The notes beneath the pieces are model-generated. The model saw nothing but the letters and a program-made list of their open reading frames with translations, searched no databases and was not told the origin of the DNA. The translations under genes were made by a program, and so were the position numbers. From Candidatus Omnitrophota bacterium (GTDB lineage Bacteria; Omnitrophota; Gorgyraeia; Gorgyraeales; Gorgyraeaceae), in NCBI GenBank assembly GCA_018901615.1, contig JAHIEN010000083.1, forward strand, positions 1-42,910: a stretch of 42,910 nt of DNA, written 5' to 3'. Each line of letters starts with the position of its first letter. Positions within the stretch are counted from its first letter, which is position 1. Of the stretch, positions 25,930 through 35,495 are shown one piece after another.

Positions 25930-27642
25930 TCAAAAGAGTCCTACTATCTTTCCGTCTTTGTCTATATCCACTTTTGTGCCAGCCGGGACTGACGGAAGCC
26001 CTGGCATGGTCCTCATTGTGCCGCAGAGAGGATACAAAAATCCCGCGCCCGCGGATATCCTTATATCTCTTATCGGCAGAGTAAAATCGCGCGGCCTGCC
26101 TTTAAGGCTGGGGTCATGCGACAGGGAAAGGTGCGTCTTTGCCATATTGATCGGCAATTTATCATATCCAAGCCTTGTATAGTATTCTATTTTCTTTTCA
26201 GCCTCTTCTGAATACTCAACATCCTTTGCCCCGTAGATCTTTGTCGCTATGCTCTCTATCTTCTTTTTTATCGGTGCGTCCAGGGGATAGAGAAATTTAA
26301 AGTCGGATTTCTTCTCGCACATCCTCAAGACAGCGTCCGCAAGATCCACCCCTCCCTCTCCGCCTTTTTCCCACACCTCGCTCAGAACCACGTCAAACGC
26401 GCCCGCCTTTTTAGCTATCTCCTTTATTACCGCTATTTCTTTTTCCGTATCATAAAGAAACCTGTTGATGGCCACTACTACCGGCAAGCCGAACTGTTTT
26501 ATGTTCTCTATGTGTTTTACAAGGTTTTCAGCGCCTTTTATAACAGCCTCGACGTTTTCTTTTTTCACCTGCTCCATATCGAGCGGCCTGCCAGGTATTG
26601 CGTTAAACCCTCCGCCGTGCATCTTAATGGCCTTTACGGTGCACACAAGGACCATGCCGTCAGGCGGTTTCAGTCCTTTTGCCCTGCATTTTATATCAAG
26701 GAATTTTTCAGCCCCGCAGTCAGCGCCAAATCCGCTCTCTGTCACCACGTAATCCGCCAGCTTCAGCGCTATCAGGTCAGCCAGTATGGAATTATTGCCG
26801 TGCGCTATATTCGCGAAAGGCCCGGCATGCATTATGCAGGCCGTGTTTTCAGTTGTCTGGACCAGGTTTGGTTTTATGGCGTCTTTTAAAAGCACTGTCA
26901 TTGCCCCCGCGCATTTTAAGTCCTCCGCAGTAACAGGCCTACCGTCTTTTGTAGACGCCACCAGCATGCGGCCAAGCCTTTTTCTCAGATCAGGCAGACT
27001 ATCTGCCAAGGCCAGTATTGCCATTACCTCGCTGGCAACAGTAATATCAAACCCTGTATCGCGCGGAATACCATTTTCTTTTCCTCCAAGCCCTATCCTG
27101 ATCTGTCTGAGAGCCCTGTCGCTTATATCAACCACTCGCCTTATCGCTATAGAGTCTATGTCTATATTTAAAGAGTTTCCCTTTATCAGATGATTATCTA
27201 TAAATGCCGCAAGGAGATTGTTCGCGGCGCCTACTGCATGAATGTCTCCTGTGAAGTGCAGATTTATGTCTTCCATAGGTAAGACCTGAGAATACCCGCC
27301 GCCAGCAGCCCCGCCTTTTATGCCAAAGACAGGGCCCATGGAAGGCTGTCTCAGCGTTGTAATTACTTTTTTTCCAAGTTTGGCCAGACCAAGGCTAAGC
27401 CCTATGGTAGTCACGGTCTTTCCTTCGCCAAGCGGCGTAGGTGTAACAGCAGTGACGTCTATATATTTTCCTTGCTTATTGTCTTTCAGGCGGTCAAGTA
27501 TAGAAAGGGATATTTTTGCTTTGTATTTACCGTATAATTCAAGTTCATCGTCATTGATCCCGATTTGGCGGGCTATTTCAGTAATGGGTTTTAGTTTAGC
27601 GGCCTGTGCTATCTCGAGGTCAATCGGAACTTTTGTCAACAT
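25930..27642 (-). CDS. fhs: Formate--tetrahydrofolate ligase
   Basis: 570 aa with the motifs PTPLGEGKTVTTIGL and GFGADCGAEKF, and the typical C-terminus ...IVGLF. Confidence 0.96.
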   Translation of the reverse strand: MLTKVPIDLEIAQAAKLKPITEIARQIGINDDELELYGKYKAKISLSILDRLKDNKQGKYIDVTAVTPTPLGEGKTVTTIGLSLGLAKLGKKVITTLRQPSMGPVFGIKGGAAGGGYSQVLPMEDINLHFTGDIHAVGAANNLLAAFIDNHLIKGNSLNIDIDSIAIRRVVDISDRALRQIRIGLGGKENGIPRDTGFDITVASEVMAILALADSLPDLRKRLGRMLVASTKDGRPVTAEDLKCAGAMTVLLKDAIKPNLVQTTENTACIMHAGPFANIAHGNNSILADLIALKLADYVVTESGFGADCGAEKFLDIKCRAKGLKPPDGMVLVCTVKAIKMHGGGFNAIPGRPLDMEQVKKENVEAVIKGAENLVKHIENIKQFGLPVVVAINRFLYDTEKEIAVIKEIAKKAGAFDVVLSEVWEKGGEGGVDLADAVLRMCEKKSDFKFLYPLDAPIKKKIESIATKIYGAKDVEYSEEAEKKIEYYTRLGYDKLPINMAKTHLSLSHDPSLKGRPRDFTLPIRDIRISAGAGFLYPLCGTMRTMPGLPSVPAGTKVDIDKDGKIVGLF

Positions 27643-27672
27643 ACACCTCCGTTGATTATATTTTTTAGGCTG

Positions 27673-28056
27673 TCAATATCTATACCGCTCATCCAATTCA
27701 AACGCGTTCTTGATAAGCCTTAGTTTTGGAGAATCGCTATTTACGCCTTCAACGCACACAACGTCAAATCTACAATTTTGATCTTCTATTCGCTTTCTTT
27801 TAATATACAACAAAGCGCTTTTTGCAATCTGGTTTTGCTTCCTTTTATTTATAGAATATTCCGGCGCGGCGAATCTTTCTGTATTGCCGGTTCTAACTTC
27901 TATAAAGGAAACACAGTCTTTATCCATGCCTATCATATCTATCTCGCCGCATCTTGTCCTGTAATTTCTCTCGATTATCCTATATCCCTGCTTTTCTAAA
28001 AAACCCCGCGCTAGATGCTCTCCTCTTTTACCCGTTTTTAATCTTTCAAACGTCAT
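27673..28056 (-). CDS. yraN: YraN-family (UPF0102) endonuclease-fold protein
   Basis: 127 aa with GEIDMIGMDKDCVSFIEVRTG. It shows the usual linkage to rnhB, with a 4-nt overlap. Confidence 0.88.
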   Translation of the reverse strand: MTFERLKTGKRGEHLARGFLEKQGYRIIERNYRTRCGEIDMIGMDKDCVSFIEVRTGNTERFAAPEYSINKRKQNQIAKSALLYIKRKRIEDQNCRFDVVCVEGVNSDSPKLRLIKNAFELDERYRY

Positions 28057-28760
28057 GCTTCTCTAATAGGCGCAAAGGTCTTTCTGTGTATGGGGCACGG
28101 GCCGTATTTCTTTATGGCGTCAATGTGAAATTTCGTGCCATATCCCTTGTGCCTCAAAAAACCATAGGCCGGATATTTTCTGTCACAGGATTCCATTATC
28201 GCGTCGCGGGTTACCTTTGCCACTATCGAAGCCGCCGCGATTGAAAGGCTCTTCGAATCCCCCCTGACTATCCGCACGGTCCTGTAAGGCAACCTTAGTT
28301 TGATGTTACCATCTACCAGGACGCAAACATTTTTTTCTATCTCTTTACTGACCTTGCTATTTATACGGCAGAATTCCTTTATAAGCCGCGTCGCGGCCTG
28401 TTCCATTGCCGCGGCCGTTGCCCTGAGTATATTTCTTTTATCTATAAACCTGTGGTCTTTCAGTCCTGTGGCAAATATAGATTTTTTTGCTATTTCTTTA
28501 AAGGCCTTTTGCCTTTGCCCGGGTAATAACTTCTTTGAATCGTCTATTCTTGCGCTGAATTCTGGGGCAGAAAATCTGATCAAAGGCCCGGGAGTAAGTA
28601 TTACTGCCGCTGCTACGACAGGTCCGGCGAGCGGGCCACGGCCTGCCTCGTCAATACCCACTATCAAAGAAAAGCCGTTAAGAAAGGCCCTTTTCTCCCA
28701 CAGGAGCATTTGTTGTTTTTTCTGCTTCCCGTTTTTCTTCGACTTTCGTATGCTTGCCAA
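28053..28760 (-). CDS. rnhB: Ribonuclease HII
   Basis: Core motif GIDEAGRGPLAGPVVAAAV. The track start at 28760 is a TTG with GAGG 5 nt upstream, inside the rplS coding sequence. An alternative ATG lies at 28709 (MLLWEK...). The true start is uncertain. Confidence 0.88.
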   Translation of the reverse strand: MASIRKSKKNGKQKKQQMLLWEKRAFLNGFSLIVGIDEAGRGPLAGPVVAAAVILTPGPLIRFSAPEFSARIDDSKKLLPGQRQKAFKEIAKKSIFATGLKDHRFIDKRNILRATAAAMEQAATRLIKEFCRINSKVSKEIEKNVCVLVDGNIKLRLPYRTVRIVRGDSKSLSIAAASIVAKVTRDAIMESCDRKYPAYGFLRHKGYGTKFHIDAIKKYGPCPIHRKTFAPIREA

Positions 28761-29067
28761 CCCTGCCTCGCAGATAATAAAGCTTTGCCTTGTTGACTTT
28801 GCCTTTTTTTATAACAGAGACAGAATCAACTGTCGGGGAATGCAGCTGAAATACCCTTTCGATTCCCTCGCCATAGGATACGCGCCTTACAGCAAAGGTC
28901 TCTTTTATGCTGGACCCTTTTTTTCCTATCACTATGCCCTCAAAGCCCTGAAGGCGGGTCTTTTCGCCTTCTTTTATCCTCACAGACACCTTTACTGTGT
29001 CCCCTACATTGAACTGCGGTATTTCTTTTTTCATAAACCTTTTTTCGATCTCTTTGATCTTGTCCAT
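28678..29067 (-). CDS. rplS: 50S ribosomal protein L19
   Basis: The track extends to a GTG at 29106. I prefer the ATG at 29067 (MDKIKEIEKRFMKKEIPQFNVGDTVKV), preceded by GGGGAGAGG. This gives a typical L19 N-terminus. Confidence 0.92.
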   Translation of the reverse strand: MDKIKEIEKRFMKKEIPQFNVGDTVKVSVRIKEGEKTRLQGFEGIVIGKKGSSIKETFAVRRVSYGEGIERVFQLHSPTVDSVSVIKKGKVNKAKLYYLRGRVGKHTKVEEKREAEKTTNAPVGEKGLS

Positions 29068-29102
29068 AACCTCTCCCCATATAATGTTGTACTGCATCAA
29101 AC

Positions 29103-29786
29103 TCACTTAATAAGATCCGGCCTTCTTTGTTTTGTTACCCTTAAAGACTCTTTCCTTCTCCACTTTTTTATTTTTACGTGATCTCCCGAGAGAAGCACTT
29201 CAGGCACCTTTTTGCCCTTGTATTCAGCAGGCCTTGTATAATGCGGGTATTCGAGCGTACCTTCAGAAAATGACTCATCCTGTCTCGAGTCCTCATTGCC
29301 GAGCGCCCCTGGCAAAAGCCTGACCACAGCGTCAATAATGGCCATTGCCGGTAATTCGCCGCCTGTTAACACAAAATCACCTATTGATATTTCTTCGTCC
29401 GCAAGCTCTCTGACCCTTTCGTCAATACCCTCATAGTGGCCGCACAACAGCACTATATGCTCATAGCTGGAAATTTTTTCAGCCAGATCATGACTAAACG
29501 TAGCGCCCCTTGGCGTCAGAAGGATCACCTTGGTCTTGAGTCTCAAGTCCTTTGTCTTGCGCCGTATATAATTTATTGCCTCAAAGAACGGCTCAACGCT
29601 CATTACCATCCCGGGCCCGCCTCCGAAAGGCTTGTCATCTACTTTCCTGTGCCTGTCTTTTGAAAAAAGCCGTAAGTCTATGATGTTTATATCCACTACG
29701 CTTTTCCCCTGGGCCAGTTTTATTATTGATTCACCCAGCACGGCATCAAACATCTTTGGAAATATTGTAAGCACGTCTATACGCAT
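29103..29786 (-). CDS. trmD: tRNA (guanine37-N1)-methyltransferase
   Basis: 227 aa with MRIDVLTIFPKMF, DDKPFGGGPGMVM and CGHYEGIDERV. Confidence 0.95.
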   Translation of the reverse strand: MRIDVLTIFPKMFDAVLGESIIKLAQGKSVVDINIIDLRLFSKDRHRKVDDKPFGGGPGMVMSVEPFFEAINYIRRKTKDLRLKTKVILLTPRGATFSHDLAEKISSYEHIVLLCGHYEGIDERVRELADEEISIGDFVLTGGELPAMAIIDAVVRLLPGALGNEDSRQDESFSEGTLEYPHYTRPAEYKGKKVPEVLLSGDHVKIKKWRRKESLRVTKQRRPDLIK

Positions 29787-29792
29787 AAAATG

Positions 29793-30035
29793 TTACAGCG
29801 CCCCTTGTTTTTTAAGCAAGTTTCTTACGATTTCCGACGGCTGCGCGCCTTTTGACAGCCAATATTTGGCCCTGTCTATCTCGACTACTACCAGCGGTGG
29901 TTTTTTGGACGGATCATAATAGCCGATCTCTTCTATTGTCTTGCCATCCCTGGCGCGTTTTTTATCGCACACCACGATCCTTTGATGGGGCTTCTTTTTC
30001 GTGCCAAACCTTTTCAACCTGATTCTTACTGACAT
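29793..30035 (-). CDS. rpsP: 30S ribosomal protein S16
   Basis: 80 aa beginning MSVRIRLKRFGTKKKPHQRIVV. SD GGGGGAGG precedes the ATG. Confidence 0.95.
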   Translation of the reverse strand: MSVRIRLKRFGTKKKPHQRIVVCDKKRARDGKTIEEIGYYDPSKKPPLVVVEIDRAKYWLSKGAQPSEIVRNLLKKQGAL

Positions 30036-30063
30036 TTTGCCTCCCCCTTTTAGAAATTACACT

Positions 30064-30102
30064 CCAAACCCGCATTGCAATTTAATTGCAATGCGGGTTT
30101 GG
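30064..30102 (-). terminator. Perfect 18-bp stem hairpin between murA and rpsP
   Basis: CCAAACCCGCATTGCAAT (30064-30081) pairs with ATTGCAATGCGGGTTTGG (30085-30102) across a 3-nt loop. The U-tract is poor (AGTGTAATTTCT), so terminator function is uncertain. Confidence 0.4.
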
Positions 30103-30180
30103 TAAACTCAAAAATTCCATACAACAAGTTCAGCAACACGATATGCCGCAACTACATATATGGGTAACTGCGGCGGCTTC

Positions 30181-31446
30181 TCAGTCCTCTTTCTCTCTCT
30201 TGATCCGCGCGCCTAATTTCTCTAATTTTTCCTCGATGTTGTAATACCCTCTGTCCAGATGATATATCCTTGACACCTCTGTCTTTCCTTTAGCCACAAG
30301 CCCGGCAAGTATCAAGGCCGCTGACGCCCTTAAGTCAGACGCCATTACTGGCGCGCCGCTAAGCCTGGGTACGCCTTTTATTATTGCGCTCGGGCCTTCC
30401 AGCATAACCTGTCCGCCCATCCTCGCGAGCTCACTGACATGCATGTATCTTTCGGGATAGACCTTCTCTGTTATAACGCTTATGCCTTTTGTTATACTCA
30501 TCAACGCCATCATCTGCGCCTGCATATCTGTTGGAAAACCAGGGTACGGCAATGTAGTCACGTCCACTGGCCTTAAAGAACGTATGGTCTTTACCCGCAG
30601 ACCTTCTTTTGTGTCCGTAATTTTTAACCCTGCGCACTGCAACTTATCTATAACTGCGCCAATATGCTCCACATTCGCGCCCTTTATTACGATATCACCC
30701 CCTGTAATAGCCGAGGCTATCATAAATGTGCCTGCCTCTATCCGGTCATCGATTATAGTATATTCCGCGCCATGAAGACTCTTTACGCCTTCTATTTCCA
30801 CAACGGGCGTTCCGTGCCCTTTTATTTTAGCTCCCATCTTTATCAGGAATTTTGCCAGATCGCAGACCTCTGGTTCGCAGGCAGCGCTTTCTATAACTGT
30901 TTTTCCTTTTGCAAGCGTGGCGGCCATCATCAGGTTAGCTGTCGCCAGTACGCTAGAGCCAAAATTTCCGCCAAGATACACCCTCGCGCCTTTTAGCTGC
31001 TTTGCGCTGGCTACAATATAGCCGTGTTCTATCTTTATATCAGCTCCTATGGCGCTCAGCCCTTTTATATGCAAGTCAATCGGCCTGGGTCCGATAACGC
31101 AGCCCCCTGGCATAGATACCTCTGCCAGTTTCAATTTGGCAAGTACAGGCCCCAAGACGCATACAGACGCCCTCATAGTACTGACAAGTTTATAAGGCGC
31201 TGTATAATTAGAATAGCCGCGGGGCTCCACTATAACAACATTGTCTTCCATGCTCACCTTGACGCCAAGGACTCGCATGATCCTGAGCATCGTATAGACA
31301 TCGCGCAGCGGAGGTACGTTTTTTATAACTGACTTGGAATCCGCGAGGAGCGTGGCCGCCAGTATAGGTAACGCGGCATTCTTAGCCCCGCTTAACTCCA
31401 CTGTTCCTTTAAGCCTTGCTCCGCCCTCTATAATAAATCTATCCAT
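30181..31446 (-). CDS. murA: UDP-N-acetylglucosamine 1-carboxyvinyltransferase
   Basis: 421 aa with [28 protein letters not shown] and the active-site PGGCVIGPRPIDLH. Confidence 0.95.
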   Translation of the reverse strand: MDRFIIEGGARLKGTVELSGAKNAALPILAATLLADSKSVIKNVPPLRDVYTMLRIMRVLGVKVSMEDNVVIVEPRGYSNYTAPYKLVSTMRASVCVLGPVLAKLKLAEVSMPGGCVIGPRPIDLHIKGLSAIGADIKIEHGYIVASAKQLKGARVYLGGNFGSSVLATANLMMAATLAKGKTVIESAACEPEVCDLAKFLIKMGAKIKGHGTPVVEIEGVKSLHGAEYTIIDDRIEAGTFMIASAITGGDIVIKGANVEHIGAVIDKLQCAGLKITDTKEGLRVKTIRSLRPVDVTTLPYPGFPTDMQAQMMALMSITKGISVITEKVYPERYMHVSELARMGGQVMLEGPSAIIKGVPRLSGAPVMASDLRASAALILAGLVAKGKTEVSRIYHLDRGYYNIEEKLEKLGARIKREKED

Positions 31447-32258
31447 AGCACCCTGTCTATTTCCGCAAAATCTTTTATCACGTCTTTTATCATGTACGAT
31501 CTTTCATCAGAAAATATCTTTCGCGCGTCATGGCTTTCTCCCAATCCTATTTCCAGAAATAAAGCGCCTTTTGTTTTTAAGTGCTTACTGGCATCTCGCG
31601 CTATCAGCCTGTAAAATTCCAGTCCATCAGGCCCGCCATCCAGCGCGCATCCAGGCTCCCGCCTGACTTCCCGCTGTAATAGCCCCATATCGCTGCTTTT
31701 GATATAAGGCGGATTGCACACTATTATATCAAACTTATTGGTTTTATCAAACACTAATGGTTCAAAAAGATCGCCTTTATAAAATTTTATTCTTTCAGCC
31801 ACATCGTGCATGACGGCGTTTTCTCTTGCCGCTTTCAGCGCGTCTTCTGAAATATCTGTAGCGACTATTTCCGCGGCCGGCATGGCCTTTGCAATGCCTA
31901 TGGCAATACAACCAGAACCTGTGCAGAGGTCGAGTATCTTAAGATCAGCGTTTAGTGTGTAGCGTTTAGTGTGTAGTAAATCCAGGGCCGCGTTCACTAA
32001 AATTTCTGTCTCAGGGCGGGGGATAAAAACTCTCTCTCGCACCTTAAAATCCATTCCCATAAAATCAGCGCGGCCGGTGATATACTGCAACGGTTCGCCT
32101 GCCAGGCGTCTTTGAACTAAAGAATCCAATAAAAGCTCTTTACCCTGGCCTACTGCCAGCTCTTTTGAGTAGAGATCCGTCCTGCTGCAATTGAATAAAT
32201 ACGCAAGCAGCTCCTCTATTTCAAACCGCGAGACAATATCTGTATACTTGTTTATCAT
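31428..32258 (-). CDS. prmC: Release-factor glutamine N5-methyltransferase (PrmC/HemK)
   Basis: 276 aa with SAM motif [10 protein letters not shown] and the catalytic NPPY (VCNPPYI). It overlaps prfA by 4 nt. Confidence 0.92.
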   Translation of the reverse strand: MINKYTDIVSRFEIEELLAYLFNCSRTDLYSKELAVGQGKELLLDSLVQRRLAGEPLQYITGRADFMGMDFKVRERVFIPRPETEILVNAALDLLHTKRYTLNADLKILDLCTGSGCIAIGIAKAMPAAEIVATDISEDALKAARENAVMHDVAERIKFYKGDLFEPLVFDKTNKFDIIVCNPPYIKSSDMGLLQREVRREPGCALDGGPDGLEFYRLIARDASKHLKTKGALFLEIGLGESHDARKIFSDERSYMIKDVIKDFAEIDRVLWIDLL

Positions 32259-33328
32259 AATTCTGCGCCGTGTCCAAGTTTCAACTTTTTTTCAGCATGG
32301 AGAAGGGCCGCTATTATCTCATCTATTTCGCCTTCCATGACCCTGTCAAGCTTGTGTATGGTAAAACCTATCCTGTGGTCAGTTACCCTTCTGTCCGGAT
32401 AATTATAAGTCCTTATCTTTTCGCTGCGGTCTCCTGTTCCCACCTGGTTCTTTCTGTTATCCGCGGTTTTTTTCTGCTGCTCCTTCCTGAGACTTTCCAG
32501 AATACGCGCCTTTAAGACCTTCATCGCCGCTATCTTATTCTTATATTGAGACCTCTCGTTCTGGCACTGCACGACTATGCCAGTAGGCTCATGCGTGATC
32601 CTGACAGCAGAATCCGTTACGTTTACATGCTGCCCTCCCGCGCCGCTGGATCGATAGGTATCAATCCTCAAGTCCTGCGGATTGATCTCGACCTCGACAT
32701 CTTCCGCCTCTGGCAAAACAGCTACGGTAACAGCTGAGGTATGTATCCTGCCTGAAGATTCAGTCACAGGCACTCTCTGAACCCTGTGAGCGCCGCTTTC
32801 ATGTTTCAGCATCCTGTAAACATTATTACCTTTAACAGAAAATATTATTTCCTTAAACCCGCCTGCTTCGGCAATATGATTATCCAGTATCTCTATTTTC
32901 CACCCCTGGCCAGCCGCATATTTAGAATACATACGGAAGAGGACTCCGGCAAAAATCGAAGCCTCCCGGCCGCCCGTGCCAGCCCTTATCTCCATGATAA
33001 CGTCCTTACCCGCATCAGGATCTTCCTCCAGAATAGCCTCTTCCAGCTCTGACAGGAGCTTTATCCTTTTTGACTCAAGCTCCTCAATCTCTTTCCTTGC
33101 CATCTCTACAAGCTCTTCGTGAGTCTCTTTCTGGATAAGGGTTTTTGTCGAATCAATCTCCAGCACCACCTTCTTGTATTCTTTATAGGCGTAGACAAGG
33201 CCTTCCATAGAAGACAGTTCCTTTGCGAGCTTATGGCACCTGTCTATATCCATAGCCACATCGTTATCAGCTAAAAGGTGTTGTATCTCTTCATAGCGCT
33301 TTAATAGATTTTCGAGCTTATTAAACAT
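32255..33328 (-). CDS. prfA: Peptide chain release factor 1
   Basis: 357 aa with the GGQ motif (SGAGGQHVN) and the PVT tripeptide in [10 protein letters not shown] (canonical RF1 recognition motif is PxT). Confidence 0.96.
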   Translation of the reverse strand: MFNKLENLLKRYEEIQHLLADNDVAMDIDRCHKLAKELSSMEGLVYAYKEYKKVVLEIDSTKTLIQKETHEELVEMARKEIEELESKRIKLLSELEEAILEEDPDAGKDVIMEIRAGTGGREASIFAGVLFRMYSKYAAGQGWKIEILDNHIAEAGGFKEIIFSVKGNNVYRMLKHESGAHRVQRVPVTESSGRIHTSAVTVAVLPEAEDVEVEINPQDLRIDTYRSSGAGGQHVNVTDSAVRITHEPTGIVVQCQNERSQYKNKIAAMKVLKARILESLRKEQQKKTADNRKNQVGTGDRSEKIRTYNYPDRRVTDHRIGFTIHKLDRVMEGEIDEIIAALLHAEKKLKLGHGAEL

Positions 33329-33370
33329 AATTTTACCGCCGCAGACAGAGACTTCTGCGTAGTTCCGTGA

Positions 33371-33571
33371 TTACTTCTTTTTGTATTTTTTCAAAAACTT
33401 TTCCACCCTGCCGGCCGAATCAATGAATTTTTGTTTGCCTGTAAAGAACGGGTGGCATTTTGAACATATCTCCACGCGTATATTCTGCTTCGTTGAGCAG
33501 GTATGCATGACTTCTCCGCACGCGCAGATGATAGTCGCTTCTTTGTAGTCAGGATGAATCTTGTCTCTCAT
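33371..33571 (-). CDS. rpmE: 50S ribosomal protein L31
   Basis: 66 aa beginning MRDKIHPDY, with a CxxC...CxxC zinc ribbon (CACGE / [10 protein letters not shown]). Confidence 0.95.
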   Translation of the reverse strand: MRDKIHPDYKEATIICACGEVMHTCSTKQNIRVEICSKCHPFFTGKQKFIDSAGRVEKFLKKYKKK

Positions 33572-33585
33572 TTTAAACCCCCTTG

Positions 33586-34851
33586 TTAATGGTTCATGCT
33601 CTCTAAAAACTCTTCGTTTGTCTTTGTCTTCCCGAGCTTCTGGAGCAAAAGCTCCATGGCCTCGACGCTATTAAGCTCGTTCAGGACCTTTCTTAAGATC
33701 CATACCCTCTGGAGCTCTTTATCTTCGAGGAGGAGTTCTTCTTTTCTTGTATTAGACCTCTTTATGTCAATGGCCGGATAGACCCTTCTTTGAAACAGGT
33801 TCCTATCAAGTTGTGTCTCCATATTGCCCGTGCCTTTAAATTCCTCGAATATAACCTCGTCCATCCGGCTGCCTGTATCAACCAGCGCGGTGGCGATGAT
33901 AGTCAGGCTTCCGCCTTCTTCTATATTCCTGGCCGCGCCAAAAAATCTCTTGGGTTTATGAAGCGCGTTTGAATCCACTCCGCCCGAAAGTATCTTTCCT
34001 GAATGCGGGACCACTGAGTTATACGCCCGCGCGAGCCTGGTTATGCTGTCCAGGAGGATCACTACGTCTTTTTTATGCTCGACAAGTCTTTTGGCTTTTT
34101 CAAGCACCATTTCAGAGACCTGAACATGCCTCTCCGCTGGTTCATCAAATGTAGAGCTTATCACCTCGCCTTTGACAGTCCGCTGCATGTCTGTGACCTC
34201 TTCAGGTCTTTCGTCGATAAGAAGCACCATGATTACAGCGTCAGGATAATTTTCCGCTATGCTGTTTGCCACCTTCTGCATGATAATAGTTTTGCCGCTG
34301 TAGGGAGGCGCCACGATCATCCCCCTTTGACCCTTTCCGATAGGCGTCAATAGGTCCATCACGCGAGTTGTAAGGTCACTCTTTTTTGTCTCAAGCTTAT
34401 ATCTCTGGTTAGGATAAAGAGGCGTCAGGTTATCAAACAATATCTTGTCCTTGGCTGTCTCAGGGTTTTCAAAATTTACAGCCTCCACCTTCAGGAGCGC
34501 GAAATATTTCTCGCCCTCTTTAGGCGGTCTTATCTGGCCGCTTACCGTATCCCCTGTTCGCAGGGCGAACTTTTTGATCTGTGACGGCGAGATATATATA
34601 TCGTCAGGACAGGGAAGATAGTTATAATTAGGCGAACGCAAAAATCCGAAACCATCAGGCAGTACCTCCAGGACTCCCTCGCCGAATATAAGGCCGGCCC
34701 TTTCTGTCTGGGCCTGAAGCACCTTGAAAATAAGGTCCTGTTTTTTTAAACTGCCCACGTCGCTTACATTCATCTCCCGAGCTATTTTATTCAACTCAGA
34801 TACCTTGATAGATTTTAATTTTTCAATATCCAGTTTTTGACTTATAGTCAT
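33586..34851 (-). CDS. rho: Transcription termination factor Rho
   Basis: 421 aa with an N-terminal RNA-binding domain (GFGFLR), Walker A PPYSGKT and [10 protein letters not shown]. Confidence 0.96.
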   Translation of the reverse strand: MTISQKLDIEKLKSIKVSELNKIAREMNVSDVGSLKKQDLIFKVLQAQTERAGLIFGEGVLEVLPDGFGFLRSPNYNYLPCPDDIYISPSQIKKFALRTGDTVSGQIRPPKEGEKYFALLKVEAVNFENPETAKDKILFDNLTPLYPNQRYKLETKKSDLTTRVMDLLTPIGKGQRGMIVAPPYSGKTIIMQKVANSIAENYPDAVIMVLLIDERPEEVTDMQRTVKGEVISSTFDEPAERHVQVSEMVLEKAKRLVEHKKDVVILLDSITRLARAYNSVVPHSGKILSGGVDSNALHKPKRFFGAARNIEEGGSLTIIATALVDTGSRMDEVIFEEFKGTGNMETQLDRNLFQRRVYPAIDIKRSNTRKEELLLEDKELQRVWILRKVLNELNSVEAMELLLQKLGKTKTNEEFLESMNH

Positions 34852-35446
34852 AAGCGGCGCCCATGCCTCCTAATTGCTTCCAGATTTTTTTAACCTGGGT
34901 TCTTGTTTCGTTTTTTGAACCACCATTATCTATAACAAAGTCTGCAAACGCCAGCTTTTTTTTTAACGGCGCCTGCAAACGTAACCTTTTCAGCGCATCT
35001 TCTTTTGTCATAGCCTTCGCCTTCGTCAACCTGGCAACCTGTCTTCTTCTCTCTACCTTGACCACTATCAGGATATCCAGTTTCTTATAAAAACCTGACT
35101 CGACAAGCAATGCCCCTTCAACAACAACCGGCCTTTTGCCTTTTTCGCAAAGAACGAGCGCCTCTATTTCTTTTATTGTTTCAGGGTGAACAAGCCTATT
35201 CAACAGCAAGAGCCTTGAAGTATTATTGAAAACAATGTCTGCCAGCTTTACCCTGTCTATACGCTTGCCCGGGCCAAGTATCTTTTTTCCGAAATGCCTT
35301 ACTATTCTTTTATAAATCGTCCTGCCAGGCAGCATAAGTTTGTGACAGACTATGTCCGCGTCAATCACGCGCGCGCCAAGAGCGCCGAACATCTCAGTCA
35401 CAGTGGTCTTTCCGCTGCCAAAACTGCCTGTGATACCTATTATCAT
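34823..35446 (-). CDS. coaE: Dephospho-CoA kinase
   Basis: 207 aa beginning [15 protein letters not shown]. The 3' end overlaps the rho start by 29 nt. Confidence 0.9.
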   Translation of the reverse strand: MIIGITGSFGSGKTTVTEMFGALGARVIDADIVCHKLMLPGRTIYKRIVRHFGKKILGPGKRIDRVKLADIVFNNTSRLLLLNRLVHPETIKEIEALVLCEKGKRPVVVEGALLVESGFYKKLDILIVVKVERRRQVARLTKAKAMTKEDALKRLRLQAPLKKKLAFADFVIDNGGSKNETRTQVKKIWKQLGGMGAAYDYKSKTGY

Positions 35447-35462
35447 AACAAAAGTCCTATTA

Positions 35463-35495
35463 GGAGATGTTCGAGGTTAAACCTCGAACATCTCC
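35463..35495 (-). terminator. 33-nt near-perfect palindrome spanning the polA stop codon
   Basis: GGAGATGTTCGAGGTT-A-AACCTCGAACATCTCC. One arm encodes the last PolA residues (EMFEV*). On the transcript it is followed by TAATAGGACTTTTGTT and then the coaE ATG. Confidence 0.4.

Noticed and set aside
27643-27672. TTGACA and TATAAT hexamers upstream of fhs.
   Set aside because: They are separated by only 10 nt, far from the 16-18-nt optimum, and the -35-like hexamer overlaps the yraN stop codon. This is probably not a functional sigma70 promoter as spaced.
28678-28760. 83-nt overlap between rplS and rnhB as a possible programmed overlap or frameshift site.
   Set aside because: It is most likely caused by the uncertain rnhB start (TTG at 28760 versus ATG at 28709) and a slightly extended L19 C-terminus. 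There is no slippery sequence or other recoding signal.
29068-29106. 13-aa N-terminal extension of rplS starting at a GTG that overlaps the trmD stop.
   Set aside because: The internal ATG at 29067 has a good SD (GGGGAGAGG) and yields the canonical L19 N-terminus.
28300-29181. Longest plus-strand ORF (293 aa), spanning rnhB, rplS and the end of trmD on the opposite strand.
   Set aside because: It is antisense to three conserved genes and crosses their boundaries. Its composition (F/L/S/C-rich, no motifs) is typical of an antisense frame of an AT-biased coding region.
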